A stretch of 62,623 nucleotides of DNA, counting the filler, from Basidiobolus meristosporus CBS 931.73 (lineage: Eukaryota; Fungi; Basidiobolomycota): assembly GCA_002104905.1 (NCBI GenBank). It is 2 parts of 2 records of this genome, joined end to end, with 100 filler letters (N's around TTAATTAATTAA, not from the genome) between each part and the next. Parts side by side here need not be neighbours in the genome. Positions count along the whole stretch, not along the records: positions 30,812 to 62,623 come from MCFE01000837.1; 1 more part is not named here. One strand, written 5' to 3'. Every line of letters begins with the position of its first letter. The stretch's first letter is position 1. The translations under genes and the position numbers were made by a program. The notes under the pieces are model-generated. The model had not been told where the DNA came from. It searched no databases and was given only the letters and a program-made list of their open reading frames with translations. Positions 62,362 to 62,623 of this stretch are shown here, in pieces.

Positions 62362-62623
62362 GGGTTAGGGTTAGGGTTAGGGTTAGGGTTAGGGTTAGGG
62401 TTAGGGTTAGGGTTAGGGTTAGGGTTAGGGTTAGGTTAGGGTTAGGGTTAGGGTTAGGGTTAGGGTTAGGGTTAGGGTTAGGGTTAGGGTTAGGGTTAGG
62501 GTTAGGGTTAGGTTAGGGTTAGGGTTAGGGTTAGGGTTAGGGTTAGGGTTAGGGTTAGGGTTAGGGTTAGGGTTAGGGTTAGGGTTAGGGTTAGGGTTAG
62601 GGTTAGGGTTAGGGTTAGGGTAG
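62361..62623 (+). repeat. Telomere (TTAGGG)n
   Basis: Terminal G-rich array running to the window end, with two TTAGG variants (~62431, ~62508). Confidence 0.99.

Noticed and set aside
62431-62512. Two TTAGG variant units in the telomere
   Set aside because: Cannot be distinguished from homopolymer sequencing error or ordinary telomerase slippage.
62229-62516. ORF with RVRV/GLGL repeats
   Set aside because: It is a translation of the telomeric array.

Overview
Right-hand end of a chromosome of an early-diverging (non-Dikarya) fungus, inferred from EFL genes, a ferritin relic, short GT-AG introns and a TTAGGG telomere; Basidiobolus/Entomophthoromycotina-like is only a guess. From left to right: (1) ~1-17 kb is CpG-depleted transposon debris (Ty3/Gypsy, CACTA-like, Ty1/Copia, and a non-LTR relic). 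(2) 20.8-25.7 kb holds a Zn2Cys6 transcription factor and CWC21. (3) 26.4-30.7 kb is a young non-autonomous Copia-type element stacked on older LTRs, followed by an artificial 100-nt contig linker, so adjacency across 30.7 kb is unproven. (4) 30.8-56.9 kb is a dense housekeeping block: RasGAP, RPL32, MAP2K, carboxypeptidase Y, two EFL copies encoding identical proteins, RPS3 with an intronic C/D snoRNA, PP2A-A, GAPDH, enolase and isocitrate lyase. (5) 58.2-62.6 kb is the most unusual part: five co-oriented 3' ends of a non-LTR retroelement family, each joined through a telomere-like or G-rich seed to a different broken substrate (a ferritin gene, a Copia LTR, the element itself, a 155-bp satellite). 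The last is a ~52-nt stub capped directly by the telomere. One module appears to be a tRNA-headed SINE sharing the LINE 3' tail, suggesting a telomere-primed LINE/SINE pair.
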